Shown here in pieces: positions 1 through 9,389 of a stretch of 64,000 nt of DNA (its first letter is position 1; each line of letters opens with the position of its first letter). The position numbers were made by a program, and so were the translations under genes. The notes beneath the pieces are model-generated. The model saw only the letters and a program-made list of their open reading frames with translations, was not told the DNA's origin and made no database searches. The stretch comes from Candidatus Aminicenantes bacterium UBA6228 (GTDB lineage: Bacteria; Acidobacteriota; Aminicenantia; Aminicenantales; Saccharicenantaceae), in the NCBI GenBank assembly GCA_002441005.1, contig DJWO01000009.1, forward strand, positions 402,226 through 466,225. Direction: 5' to 3'.

Positions 1-856
1 GGGCGAAGAAAAACTCGAGCCTGACCAGCAGGCTCTTTCCCTGCCCAACCGCTGGATCCGCAGCCGCTTGACCAGGGTAATTGAGCAATTAAATGATTCG
101 CTGAAGAACTACAAGTTCTATGAGGCCGCTGAAACTATTTATCACTTTATCTGGCATGAATTTTGTGACTGGTATATCGAATTTATCAAGCCCGAACTCA
201 AGGAGAGTAATAAAAATACTCAGGCGGTGATGGAAGATACTCTCGATAAGATTCTAAAACTTCTGCATCCTTTTATGCCATTTATCACCGAGGAAATCTG
301 GCATCATCTGCCGGAGAGCGGCCTGTCCTTACTGACCGAGAGCTGGCCCGAAGCCAACCGCCGCTGGCAGGATGAGGAAGCTGAAGAGGCCATGAGATTT
401 CTGCAGGCCCTCATCTCTGAAATCCGGACGATTAGAGCTGAAAACCAGCTTCCGGTTAAAGAGAAAGTCAATCTCTGGATAAGCGAAGGAAAGAAAAGTC
501 ACAGCCTGTTCGGGCCGCCAGAGGAAGCCATCAGGCAGCTGGCTGGCGTCGATAAAATCGAATATGTCACCGAAATGCCCGCCGCCAATAATCTCCTCAG
601 GGGCGTGGCTGGAACAACCGAAATCGGACTGCAGCTGGCCCGGGCCATTGACAGCGCTCAGGAAATCGAGCGGTTGCAGAAAGAGCTGGCCCGTCTCGAA
701 GAAGATTTAGCCAAACTCGTCTTCCGTCTGGAGAATCCAGACTTCAAGCAAAGAGCGCCTCAAGCCGTGGTAGCCGAACATCAGCAGCGGCGGCAGGACC
801 TTCAGCTGAAGAGAGAAAAGCTGCTTAAAAGCTTATCTCAATTGAAAGAATCATAA
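1..856 (+). CDS. valS: Valyl-tRNA synthetase, C-terminal part. The gene continues upstream of the window, and the reading frame is open from position 2.
   Basis: Frame 2 is open from nt 2 and reads ...EEKLEPDQQALSLPNRWIRSRL before the TTG at 68. The C-terminal coiled-coil (ELARLEEDLAKL) is typical of ValRS. Seen in sequence plus family knowledge. Confidence 0.8.
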   Translation, partial: GEEKLEPDQQALSLPNRWIRSRLTRVIEQLNDSLKNYKFYEAAETIYHFIWHEFCDWYIEFIKPELKESNKNTQAVMEDTLDKILKLLHPFMPFITEEIWHHLPESGLSLLTESWPEANRRWQDEEAEEAMRFLQALISEIRTIRAENQLPVKEKVNLWISEGKKSHSLFGPPEEAIRQLAGVDKIEYVTEMPAANNLLRGVAGTTEIGLQLARAIDSAQEIERLQKELARLEEDLAKLVFRLENPDFKQRAPQAVVAEHQQRRQDLQLKREKLLKSLSQLKES

Positions 857-885
857 TCTCCTGCTAATCAGTTAAAATATATACC

Positions 886-1647
886 ATGGAAGCTATAAAT
901 TTTGGCGAGTTGTCTTTTAGATTTGCCAGCCTGAGTTCCACCATGGACTTTGGACGGATATTGGCCCGGCTGGGTTTTCCCGAAGGAACAGCCGTTTTAG
1001 CTGATGAACAATCAGCCGGCCGGGGGACCAGAGGCCGCCACTGGCACTCACCCGCCAAAAAAGGGCTTTATGTATCTTTTCTTCTCCGGCCACCAGTGGC
1101 TTTTTTAAATCTGGTGCCGCTGACTGCCGGTCTGGCTGCAGCTGAGGCTATAGAGAAGCTGGCCGGAGTAAACATTAATTTAAAATGGCCCAATGATTTG
1201 CTGCTTAAAGACAGAAAAATCGGCGGAATTTTATGCGAAAGCCAGACCGCTCAGGCCGGTGAGCCTTATGTCGTGGCTGGTTTTGGTATAAACTTAAATC
1301 ACCACCAGGAAGATTTTCCACCCGAAGTGGCCAGCCTGGCCAGTTCGCTTTATCTGACCAGCGGCCAGAATTATCAGCCAGAAGAATTATTCCGGCTCCT
1401 TGGTAAGCAACTGCAGTTCTGGTATAATAAATTAAAAGAAGGGCAGGCGGATCTAATTGTCGGCAGGCTGGAAAAAAAGCTTTTCTTCTCTTCAGGCCAG
1501 ACTCTAATCATCCAGGAGCCAGCAGGCCAAGTGAAGGGTCAGTTTATCGGCCTTGGTGAGGATGGAAGTTTAATCCTCCAAACCGGCCGGGAAAATAAAA
1601 AATATTATGCTTCAGAAATAATTAAAGTCACGGATGGAAATGATTAG
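886..1647 (+). CDS. birA: Biotin--[acetyl-CoA-carboxylase] ligase. It is the catalytic-only form, with no N-terminal HTH repressor domain.
   Basis: ATG at 886. Shows BirA motifs GRGTRGRHWHSP (GRGRxGRxW biotin-binding loop) and KWPNDLL. No DNA-binding N-domain. The birA-coaX pairing is a conserved neighbourhood. Confidence 0.8.
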   Translation: MEAINFGELSFRFASLSSTMDFGRILARLGFPEGTAVLADEQSAGRGTRGRHWHSPAKKGLYVSFLLRPPVAFLNLVPLTAGLAAAEAIEKLAGVNINLKWPNDLLLKDRKIGGILCESQTAQAGEPYVVAGFGINLNHHQEDFPPEVASLASSLYLTSGQNYQPEELFRLLGKQLQFWYNKLKEGQADLIVGRLEKKLFFSSGQTLIIQEPAGQVKGQFIGLGEDGSLILQTGRENKKYYASEIIKVTDGND

Positions 1648-1659
1648 CAGGAGAAAACA

Positions 1660-2439
1660 ATGATCATGGTTCTTGATATCGGCAATACGACCATTGCTCT
1701 TGGTGTCTTCCAGGCCAGGAAGCTACTGGCTAACTGGAAAATCAAAAGCGACCGTGAAAAGACTGCCGATGAATACGGCCTGATTCTTTCCAGTTTGCTT
1801 GGCCATGAAAAGCTAACCTGCCAGAAAATCAAAGGGGCGATTGTCTCTTCAGTTGTTCCACCCCTTACCCCGGTCATTCAGCAGGCCATTGAGAGATTTT
1901 TTAAGGTCAAGCCATTGCTGGTTGGCCCCGGTCTTAAGACTGGCCTGCCAATTCTTTATGAAAACCCGGCCGAAGTTGGTTCTGACCGGATTGTGGCGGC
2001 CTGTGCCGCTTTTGAAAAATACGGCGGTCCCTGTCTGGTAGTAGATTTCGGGACTGCTACTACATTTGATGCCATCTCGGCTGCCGGCGAATATCTGGGT
2101 GGATCAATCGCTCCCGGAATTCAGATTTCAGCTGAAGCTCTTTATCTTCGGACAGCCCGCCTGCCCCGGATCGAAATTAAAAAGCCCAGAACAGCTATTG
2201 GCCGAAATACTGTGGCCAGCATGCAATCAGGCCTTTATTTTGGTTATATAGGGCTGGTCAATCAAATTGTTGCCGAGATATCGGCTGAGCTTCAATCCAG
2301 GCCGACGGTCATCGCCACTGGCGGGCAGGCTGATCTGATCGCACTGGAGATTAAGGCCATCAATCAGGTCGAGCCCAACCTGGTCCTCGAAGGGCTGAGG
2401 CTTCTCTATGAAAAGAACCGCCGCCGGGAGAAAAAATGA
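1660..2439 (+). CDS. coaX: Type III pantothenate kinase
   Basis: N-terminal MVLDIGNTTIALGVF and later GTATTFD/ATGG motifs of the acetate/sugar kinase fold, characteristic of CoaX. Confidence 0.85.
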   Translation: MIMVLDIGNTTIALGVFQARKLLANWKIKSDREKTADEYGLILSSLLGHEKLTCQKIKGAIVSSVVPPLTPVIQQAIERFFKVKPLLVGPGLKTGLPILYENPAEVGSDRIVAACAAFEKYGGPCLVVDFGTATTFDAISAAGEYLGGSIAPGIQISAEALYLRTARLPRIEIKKPRTAIGRNTVASMQSGLYFGYIGLVNQIVAEISAELQSRPTVIATGGQADLIALEIKAINQVEPNLVLEGLRLLYEKNRRREKK

Positions 2440-3074
2440 AGACGGATGAAGCCAGTCGCCAGGACTATTATCAGCAAATAGTCCGCCATTTTCTAAAGCA
2501 CCAGACGGCCATGTTCTTCCTGCCGCCCCGCGATCTGGCTTTGATTTCGGATTGGGAAAAGCTGGGTATTCCCCTGGAGCCAATTCTTGAGGGGATTGAT
2601 CAAACTTTCTCGAGACAGCTCAAAAGAAGAAAAAGGCGGAATATTTATTCACTAAGTCAGTGTGAAAAAGAAGTCTTGAAGGCTTATGCCAGCTATCAGG
2701 ACCGCCTGGTGGGCCAGGCTGCACCCAGAATTGAACCAGGTGAAAAGAGAAATAAAGCCAGAATTGAGATCGAGACTTTCCTGGGGCACCTTCCGGTTGA
2801 ATTCGAGGACTTGAGGGAAATATTCAAGCAGGCCCTGGACCTGCTCGCAAGCTCTGAGCCAGATGAAAACAAACTGGAAGAACTGGATGAGGAAATTGAC
2901 CGGCATCTTTTTGAGCTGGCGCCGGAGGCAGAGAAACAGGCCAGCTTAAAGGAGGTTAAACGGGATTTTCCAGACAAGCCAGCCTCCCTCCTGACTGAAA
3001 TTCAGCAAACCAGGATGATTAAGGCCAGAAGACAGGCCAACCAGATTCCTTATGTCTCTCTTTTTTATTATTGA
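2436..3074 (+). CDS. Hypothetical highly charged protein (212 aa) that is translationally coupled to coaX. No recognisable domain.
   Basis: ORF overlaps the coaX stop by 4 nt (ATGA). Protein is Glu/Lys/Arg rich with no motif I can assign. Confidence 0.5.
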   Translation: MKTDEASRQDYYQQIVRHFLKHQTAMFFLPPRDLALISDWEKLGIPLEPILEGIDQTFSRQLKRRKRRNIYSLSQCEKEVLKAYASYQDRLVGQAAPRIEPGEKRNKARIEIETFLGHLPVEFEDLREIFKQALDLLASSEPDENKLEELDEEIDRHLFELAPEAEKQASLKEVKRDFPDKPASLLTEIQQTRMIKARRQANQIPYVSLFYY

Positions 3075-3131
3075 AAACCCGTAAACTATAAGATTGGTAA
3101 ATTTAGATGAACAGAAAATTGGAAGAAAACA

Positions 3132-5195
3132 ATGGAAAAAGAAATAATTGAATATTTAGAAAAAAATAAAAACCCGGTCAGTTTGGTAAAACTGGCCAGG
3201 AGCCTCAACCTGAATAAGACAGAAAGGAAAAAATTAAAGGGACTGCTTGGCTATCTGGACAAAAAAGGGCTCCTCAAATTAAAGGGCGATAAAGTTCAGG
3301 CAATTCCCCGGAATAAAATCAGCCGGGGGATTATCTCTTTAAACAGGCGCGGCTTCGCTTTTGTCACTCCGGAGACAGCTGAAGGCGGTTCAGCCGATAT
3401 TTTTATTCCGCCCGGTCAGACGGCCGGGGCTCTGACCGGTGATTTAGTTGAGGTTATGGTCAGAGAAGAGGGGCCGAAAGGCAAAACAGAAGGACGGGTG
3501 ACCAGAATATTAAGAAGAGGCCGGACCGCAATATTCGGGCTGTATCTTGAAATTAATTATCAGCCTTTTGCTCTGCCCCTGGATACGGTTCATGAAGAAC
3601 CATTTCTGGTGAAACTGAGAAGCCGCCAGAGGCCGAAACCGGGTCAGATAATCGAAATCGATCGCCTATCTCTGGAGGTTAAGAAAATAATTGGCTATCA
3701 GGACGAACCAGGCGTAGATGTTAAAGTTGTTATTGACCAGTACAACCTGCTGGACAAGTTTGGACAGGAAGTGCTGGCCGAAGCAACAGCTCTGCCGGTG
3801 GCTCCCCGGCCTGAAGATTTTTCTGGACGGATAGATTATCGGGACTGGACAACCATCACCATTGACGGAGAAAAGGCTCAGGATTTCGATGATGCCCTGA
3901 GTATCAAAAAGCTGGCGACCGGCCATTATCTCCTGGGAGTCCACATAGCCGATGTCTCTCATTATGTTAAGCCAGGTTCCCCTCTTGACCAGGAAGCTTA
4001 CCTTCGCGGAACCAGCGTTTATTTTCCGGATCTGACCCTGCCCATGCTGCCCGAAAAATTATCCAATGATCTGTGCAGCTTGAGACCCAGGGTGCCCCGC
4101 TTGGCAGTCTCAGCCTTGATAGAAATAGACGAGAGAGGCAATATTATTCAGACTGATTTTCACCCGTCAATTATTCAGACCTCGGAGAGAATGACCTACA
4201 CTTCCGTCTATAAAATCTTTCAGGGAGATCCGGAGGAACGGCGACGCTACAGTTACCTTCTCAACGATCTGTTCGTTATGAGGCACCTGGCTCAGGTGCT
4301 TAAAGCCCGCCGGCTCAAGCAGGGCAGCCTGGATTTCGATTTACTCGAGCCAGAACTGGTCTACCAGGAAGGACTGCTGACAGCGGTGGTGCCTTCCGAG
4401 CGAAATGAGGCCCATTGCCTGGTTGAAGAATTTATGTTAGCGGCCAATGTGGCAGTCGCCACTTATCTAACTGAACTTAATTATGGCTGTCTCTACCGGG
4501 TTCATCCGGCCCCGACCAGATCCGACCTGGAAAAATTAAGGAGCCTGCTGGTTCACTTTGGCCTGGAATTGCCGCGGGCCAGCCAGATAAAGTCAGCTAA
4601 CCTCCAGAAAATTATTGAAAATTTTAAAGGCCAGCCTGAAGAAAAATTCATCACCATTCAGGTTCTAAGGTCAATGCGGCTGGCTGTTTATTCTGACCAG
4701 AACTGCGGCCACTTTGGACTGGCTCAGCCGGTTTATGCCCATTTTACTTCGCCCATCCGGCGCTATCCTGATCTGGTTGTTCATCGCCTGTTAAAAAGAG
4801 CCTTGACCGGGAAAAAGCCCAGACCTCTGCCCTTAGCAGACCTGGCCTTGCACTGTTCCCAGCGGGAACGCCTGGCCGATGAGGCCGAAAGATCCCTCAT
4901 CCAGTGGAGAATAATGCGCCTGCTCAAAGACAAACTGGGCGAGGACTTCAGCGGGATAATAACCGACATCAACCGGGCAGGACTCGTCGTCGAGCTGGAT
5001 GACTATTTTATAGACGGCCTGATACCTTACTCGGCCCTGGGTGATGACTATTTCCTGAAAAGAGATGAGAAAACTCTGCGCGGGCGGAGAAGCGGAGTTA
5101 CCTTCTCCCTTGGAGAAAAAGTAAGAGTCAAAATGGTTAGCTGCAACCCCATTTTAAGAAAGGTTGAGTTTACTCTGGCGCATAAAATTGATTAA
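3132..5195 (+). CDS. rnr: Ribonuclease R (RNB-family 3'-5' exoribonuclease with C-terminal S1 domain)
   Basis: N-terminal HTH/cold-shock-like region. RNB catalytic region with DFDDALS and HFGLAQPVYAHFTSPIRRYPDLVVHR. C-terminal S1-like region. 687 aa. Confidence 0.85.
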   Translation: MEKEIIEYLEKNKNPVSLVKLARSLNLNKTERKKLKGLLGYLDKKGLLKLKGDKVQAIPRNKISRGIISLNRRGFAFVTPETAEGGSADIFIPPGQTAGALTGDLVEVMVREEGPKGKTEGRVTRILRRGRTAIFGLYLEINYQPFALPLDTVHEEPFLVKLRSRQRPKPGQIIEIDRLSLEVKKIIGYQDEPGVDVKVVIDQYNLLDKFGQEVLAEATALPVAPRPEDFSGRIDYRDWTTITIDGEKAQDFDDALSIKKLATGHYLLGVHIADVSHYVKPGSPLDQEAYLRGTSVYFPDLTLPMLPEKLSNDLCSLRPRVPRLAVSALIEIDERGNIIQTDFHPSIIQTSERMTYTSVYKIFQGDPEERRRYSYLLNDLFVMRHLAQVLKARRLKQGSLDFDLLEPELVYQEGLLTAVVPSERNEAHCLVEEFMLAANVAVATYLTELNYGCLYRVHPAPTRSDLEKLRSLLVHFGLELPRASQIKSANLQKIIENFKGQPEEKFITIQVLRSMRLAVYSDQNCGHFGLAQPVYAHFTSPIRRYPDLVVHRLLKRALTGKKPRPLPLADLALHCSQRERLADEAERSLIQWRIMRLLKDKLGEDFSGIITDINRAGLVVELDDYFIDGLIPYSALGDDYFLKRDEKTLRGRRSGVTFSLGEKVRVKMVSCNPILRKVEFTLAHKID

Positions 5196-5223
5196 AAGGC
5201 CAGGAAAGTAAGAGAACAACAAG

Positions 5224-6327
5224 ATGAGCTCAATGGTGAATGTTTTTTATGCCCTGCCCGGTAAGGAGTGGCCTGAAATATCCCGGACAGAAAATAAGAC
5301 CGGCCAGATCACAAACAGCCAGGGTCAGTTTCAGGCAAAAATAGAGACGACCTGTCTGGCTTCACCCGGGTTCAACCTTCCTTACCTGAGAGTAGAAGCC
5401 AGCCTGCCGTTTGACCTCAGATGGGGCGACAGTTTTCACCTTAAACTTCCAGGCTCTGAGCTGACCATCTGGCTCAGAGTTATTTACCCCCAGGCAAGCC
5501 AGATGAAAAAGATAAAAAAAGAGGAAAACCTAATCCAGCGGCTGGATAGATTTGCTGGCGGGGAGAAATCCATGTTGCTGGCCCTGACCGAAGAGGCCGG
5601 GATCAAAGGTCTACGTCAACCAGAGATGGAAGCTTTTTGCCGGTTGGTTTCCTCCCGGCTCAGCCAGTTAGCGGCGGCTCTCGAAAAAGAGGGCCAGCTC
5701 TTTATCCTGGAATTTTCACCTCTTTTTCTCCTGAGCAGGAACAGCTTTGATTTTCTGGCCGGGAAAATGATGAGCTTTATTCAAGATTATCATCAGCGCC
5801 GGCCAGGGGAAACCGGAGCCCCGATAAAAAATCTCAAAGAGAAATTCAGGGTTCCAAAGCCAGTTCTCTGGCTGGCTCTTAACCGGCTGTTAAAGAATAG
5901 GCAAATAAAAATCAGCGGTGAGCAGGTTTCTCTCCGGGGTTTTGAAACCAGCTTGTCGGCAGAAGAAAATGAGATTATGGCTGCCATTGAAAAGATGCTT
6001 CTTGACCAGAAGTTTTCTGCTTTCTCCCTCGACGAACTGGCCAGGACATTTAAGGTCCATCCCAGCCGTCTGGAGACCATGGTTGAACTTCTTCTTCAGA
6101 AAAAGAAAATAGTGGAGAGCCGCGAAGGATTTATCCTGCCAGTCAGCTGGCTGGAAGAAATAAAAAACCAGCTGGCTGAAAAAAAGAAGCGTGGTCAGAG
6201 AGAATTAATGGTTAGCGAGTTTAAAGAAATGACCGGGCTATCAAGAAAATATGCTATTCCTCTTCTCGAATTTCTGGATGAGTTAGGGCTGACCCGCCGT
6301 CTTGGCTCAAAGAGATTGATAGTCTAA
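5224..6327 (+). CDS. Stand-alone SelB C-terminal-like protein (beta-barrel domain III-like plus tandem winged-helix domains), lacking any GTPase domain
   Basis: The C-terminal ~250 aa resemble the SelB winged-helix mRNA-binding domains (e.g. LSRKYAIPLLEFLDELGLTRRLG, ELARTFKVHPSRLETMVELL). No G1-G4 GTPase motifs. ATG at 5224, 29 nt after the rnr stop. Confidence 0.55.
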   Translation: MSSMVNVFYALPGKEWPEISRTENKTGQITNSQGQFQAKIETTCLASPGFNLPYLRVEASLPFDLRWGDSFHLKLPGSELTIWLRVIYPQASQMKKIKKEENLIQRLDRFAGGEKSMLLALTEEAGIKGLRQPEMEAFCRLVSSRLSQLAAALEKEGQLFILEFSPLFLLSRNSFDFLAGKMMSFIQDYHQRRPGETGAPIKNLKEKFRVPKPVLWLALNRLLKNRQIKISGEQVSLRGFETSLSAEENEIMAAIEKMLLDQKFSAFSLDELARTFKVHPSRLETMVELLLQKKKIVESREGFILPVSWLEEIKNQLAEKKKRGQRELMVSEFKEMTGLSRKYAIPLLEFLDELGLTRRLGSKRLIV

Positions 6328-6347
6328 ACCAGCTTGAGCGGCTGAGG

Positions 6348-8465
6348 CTATTTTTTCTCTTCAGGTTCTTCTTCTTTCTGTTCCGGCTGTTTTTTGGTCA
6401 GGGCTGATTTCAACATTTCGGCGAAGAAGCCAAATTTAGCCTCTTGCTTGGCTGCTTCGAGTTCAACCTGGATGGTTTTGTCCTCGGCTTCTGCTCCGTC
6501 TTCTGCTTCTTCTTTCTGAGCCTTAACTGCCTCCAGTGCTTCTATTTCAGATTCTTCCTCGACAATTCTTTCCTCAATCAGCCGACGGTCGCTTTTTTTT
6601 GGCTTGAACTTTTTCTCTTCAACTGGCCCTTTCTTCTTTTTAGCCAGCTTCTCTTCTTTCTCCTTTTCTTTGCCCTTTTTAACCGGTTCGAGAGTAACTT
6701 TGATTTCAGGCTGTTGAGCAGGGGTGATAACCGCTTCTGGCGCCCGGGTTCCTTCCTCTACCTCTTCAGCCCCGGGCTGCTCCGATTTTTCGGTCACAGC
6801 AGATTCCTGGCTGACTGCGGGCCTGGCTTCAGCTCCACTGCCAGCCAGCTGCTCGGCCAATGATTCCAGGAATGAGGCAGCTGCTTTTTCTTCCTCAACA
6901 GGAACTTCCTTCGGTTCAAGCGACTCCTGATAGATATAAATACCTTCTTTTTTCTCTGAAGCTACAAATTCAGGAGCATTATTCAGTACATATTCAACAT
7001 CTTCAGCGGTCGTAGCCTGGAGCAGGTCAACCAGATGGTAGGCCCGGAGAAAATGCAAAGAGCGGTTATTACCGGTCAGCTCCGGTGTCTTGAAGACTTT
7101 TACCAGCAACTGCCGCAGATCTAATCCTTGGCTTTCTTCTTGCCTGCCCAGCAAGTAAGCAACTGCTTCTCTGTCCAGATTCAGGGTCTTATTGGCCAGG
7201 GCCAGGGTAAAGACTTCTTCCTTGGTCAAACTAAAGCGGCCAGTGGCCGGATCATATTCCAGCTGGTAGGTGGCTGTCTTTTTCTTGGATTTCTTGATCC
7301 AGAAAGTAAAGGCATCCTGGGCCTTCCGGTTAATAGTCAGACTTGTCCCCTGAGGAATATTATTGGCTCGGAAATACTCGCCCAGTCCCAGGAAATAATT
7401 CCCCTCGGGATAATAATAAACGGTATAGGCTTTGCCATCTTCGTCATCTACAAGCTGATATTCTCGTGAGGTAAATTCGCGGGACAGACTTCTGGGAAGC
7501 CGGATTGCACCCGATAAAACTTCTCGCCAAGTCAGATAGACTTTAAACGGAAAAGAATCAATCCGGGCGTACTGCAGGCCCTCACCCTGCCCGAGATCAG
7601 GGACTGAAGCCAAGGGACTGGAAATCGGCAGGCCTTCAGGCAGCCTGTTTAGCACACTCTTCAGGTGCCATTTGCCCCAGTTAGCAGTCGACAGGCAGAT
7701 AAAATCACGGCGGTATTTCTTCTCGAGCCAGGCATTTAAACTCAAACAATAAAGCTCAAAGAGATCACTGGATGGCTCCAGGCCAAAATACTTCTTCACT
7801 ATTTCTTCAGTCGAGAGAGAAAACTGGGCCACCAATAGCTCGTCAGAAATTTCTTTGATTTTTTCTTCAGGAATCTCAATCCTTTTGGAACTTAATTGCC
7901 AGAAATCATTCCAGCCAAAGAAAGCAGGTGAGCTGCTCAGGGCTTTTCTCAAGTTTCTCTCGAGGGCTTTAATATCCTTCTCCGTCATTGGCAGTTCAGT
8001 CTGCCGCGGGTCGCGTTCCTCCCCAAGGATCTCAGGCTCTTTCCCCTGCCCGTCAGGATTGGAGGGCAACAAGACTTCGGTTTTAGTCTTTTTCATGTAA
8101 TCAAGATAGCGCCGGAAAGACCCCCCGCCATCATAATCGACTTCCAGCATTTCATAAGGGAAATTAGGCAGCCTGGTCTTGTTTACAACTTTAAGAACCA
8201 CTCCACCCTGAAAATGCTCGGTAGCTTTGCTACCGACCTGGAGATTTTCATCATATTCTTTATAGATAAAATCTCCAATTTCATAACGGGCATTGGGATC
8301 ATAAATTTTAACGGCCTGATGCCGTTCGCTGGCCGTCTTGGCAAAAGCCAGCTTCCCGGTCAGTTCAGCCGCCGGCCAGGGCCGGTTGGTCCTGATTAGT
8401 TCTTGCTCGACTACAGCCATATCTTCAGGGGTAATGGCCGTAATTTTTAAATTTTCTTTATCCAT
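6348..8465 (-). CDS. Hypothetical 705-aa protein; a ~540-aa N-terminal region with no recognisable domain, followed by a Glu/Lys-rich low-complexity C-terminal tail; last gene of the COG2403-arcC-argF operon
   Basis: Long uninterrupted ORF. Its start lies 3 nt after the argF stop on the same strand. C-terminal ~170 aa are EK-rich (KKGKEKEKEEKLAKKKKG...). No motif match that I can recognise. Confidence 0.6.
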   Translation of the reverse strand: MDKENLKITAITPEDMAVVEQELIRTNRPWPAAELTGKLAFAKTASERHQAVKIYDPNARYEIGDFIYKEYDENLQVGSKATEHFQGGVVLKVVNKTRLPNFPYEMLEVDYDGGGSFRRYLDYMKKTKTEVLLPSNPDGQGKEPEILGEERDPRQTELPMTEKDIKALERNLRKALSSSPAFFGWNDFWQLSSKRIEIPEEKIKEISDELLVAQFSLSTEEIVKKYFGLEPSSDLFELYCLSLNAWLEKKYRRDFICLSTANWGKWHLKSVLNRLPEGLPISSPLASVPDLGQGEGLQYARIDSFPFKVYLTWREVLSGAIRLPRSLSREFTSREYQLVDDEDGKAYTVYYYPEGNYFLGLGEYFRANNIPQGTSLTINRKAQDAFTFWIKKSKKKTATYQLEYDPATGRFSLTKEEVFTLALANKTLNLDREAVAYLLGRQEESQGLDLRQLLVKVFKTPELTGNNRSLHFLRAYHLVDLLQATTAEDVEYVLNNAPEFVASEKKEGIYIYQESLEPKEVPVEEEKAAASFLESLAEQLAGSGAEARPAVSQESAVTEKSEQPGAEEVEEGTRAPEAVITPAQQPEIKVTLEPVKKGKEKEKEEKLAKKKKGPVEEKKFKPKKSDRRLIEERIVEEESEIEALEAVKAQKEEAEDGAEAEDKTIQVELEAAKQEAKFGFFAEMLKSALTKKQPEQKEEEPEEKK

Positions 8466-8468
8466 TGG

Positions 8469-9389
8469 TTATTTTTTCCCCATTAGAATCATCATTATGA
8501 CTTTTTGGACATGTAATCTATTTTCAGCCTGATCATAGACTATAGAATTGGGCGAATCAATAATCTCATCTGTTGCTTCTTCTCCCCGGTGGGCCGGCAG
8601 GCAGTGCATGAAATAAGTTCCAGGCTTAGCTCTGGAAAATAATTCCCGGTTAACCTGATAAGGAGCAAAAATCTTCTTTCTGGTTTCCTTTTCTGTTTCC
8701 TGGCCCATCGAGGCCCAGACATCAGTATAGATGGCATCTGCCTCTTTAACCGCTTCGGCCGGGTCATTAGTAATGGTCAGTTCAAAATCAGTGCCGTGCC
8801 CATCTTCCCTGGCCCAGTCTATAATCTCGGCTTTGGGCTCATAGCCAGGCGGAGTCGCTACCGCCATTTTCATCCCGGCTTTAGCTGCAGCCAGCATCAG
8901 GCTGTGAGCCACATTGTTGCCATCACCGACATAAGCCAGCTTCAGGCCAGCCAGGCTACCCTTCTTTTCCAGCAAAGTGAAAAAGTCAGCCATGGCCTGG
9001 CAGGGATGGAGGAGATCAGTCAGGGCATTGATGACTGGCAGCCTGGTGCTTTCTGCCAGTTCGAGGATGATATTATGTCCAAAGGTCCTGATCATAATCC
9101 CATCAACCCAGCGCTCGAGGTTTTTACCTATATCCCGGACGCTTTCGCGAGAACCCATTTGAATATCAGATGGGGCTAGATAAATAGCTTCACCGCCCAA
9201 TTGCAGCATGCCGACTTCAAAGGTCATTCTCGTCCGGAGAGAAGGTTTCTGAAAAATCATAGCCAGAATTTTATCTTTCAGCACCGAGCGGTATTTCCCT
9301 GGATTTTTCTTCATCTTTTCGGTCATATCCAGAATTTCATTGAATTCATAACGGCTCAAATCATGGATGGTAATAAAATCCTTTCTCAT
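8469..9389 (-). CDS. argF: Ornithine carbamoyltransferase
   Basis: Carbamoyl-phosphate-binding STRTR (SLRTRMTFE), HPCQ, DxxxSMG ornithine loop (DVWASMGQE) and the OTC-specific HCLP motif (HCLPAHRGEE). Confidence 0.85.
   Translation of the reverse strand: MRKDFITIHDLSRYEFNEILDMTEKMKKNPGKYRSVLKDKILAMIFQKPSLRTRMTFEVGMLQLGGEAIYLAPSDIQMGSRESVRDIGKNLERWVDGIMIRTFGHNIILELAESTRLPVINALTDLLHPCQAMADFFTLLEKKGSLAGLKLAYVGDGNNVAHSLMLAAAKAGMKMAVATPPGYEPKAEIIDWAREDGHGTDFELTITNDPAEAVKEADAIYTDVWASMGQETEKETRKKIFAPYQVNRELFSRAKPGTYFMHCLPAHRGEEATDEIIDSPNSIVYDQAENRLHVQKVIMMILMGKK

Noticed and set aside
5196-5223. Full-length selB created by frameshift from rnr
   Set aside because: rnr is intact through its own stop at 5195, and no GTPase motifs occur in any frame upstream of 5224.
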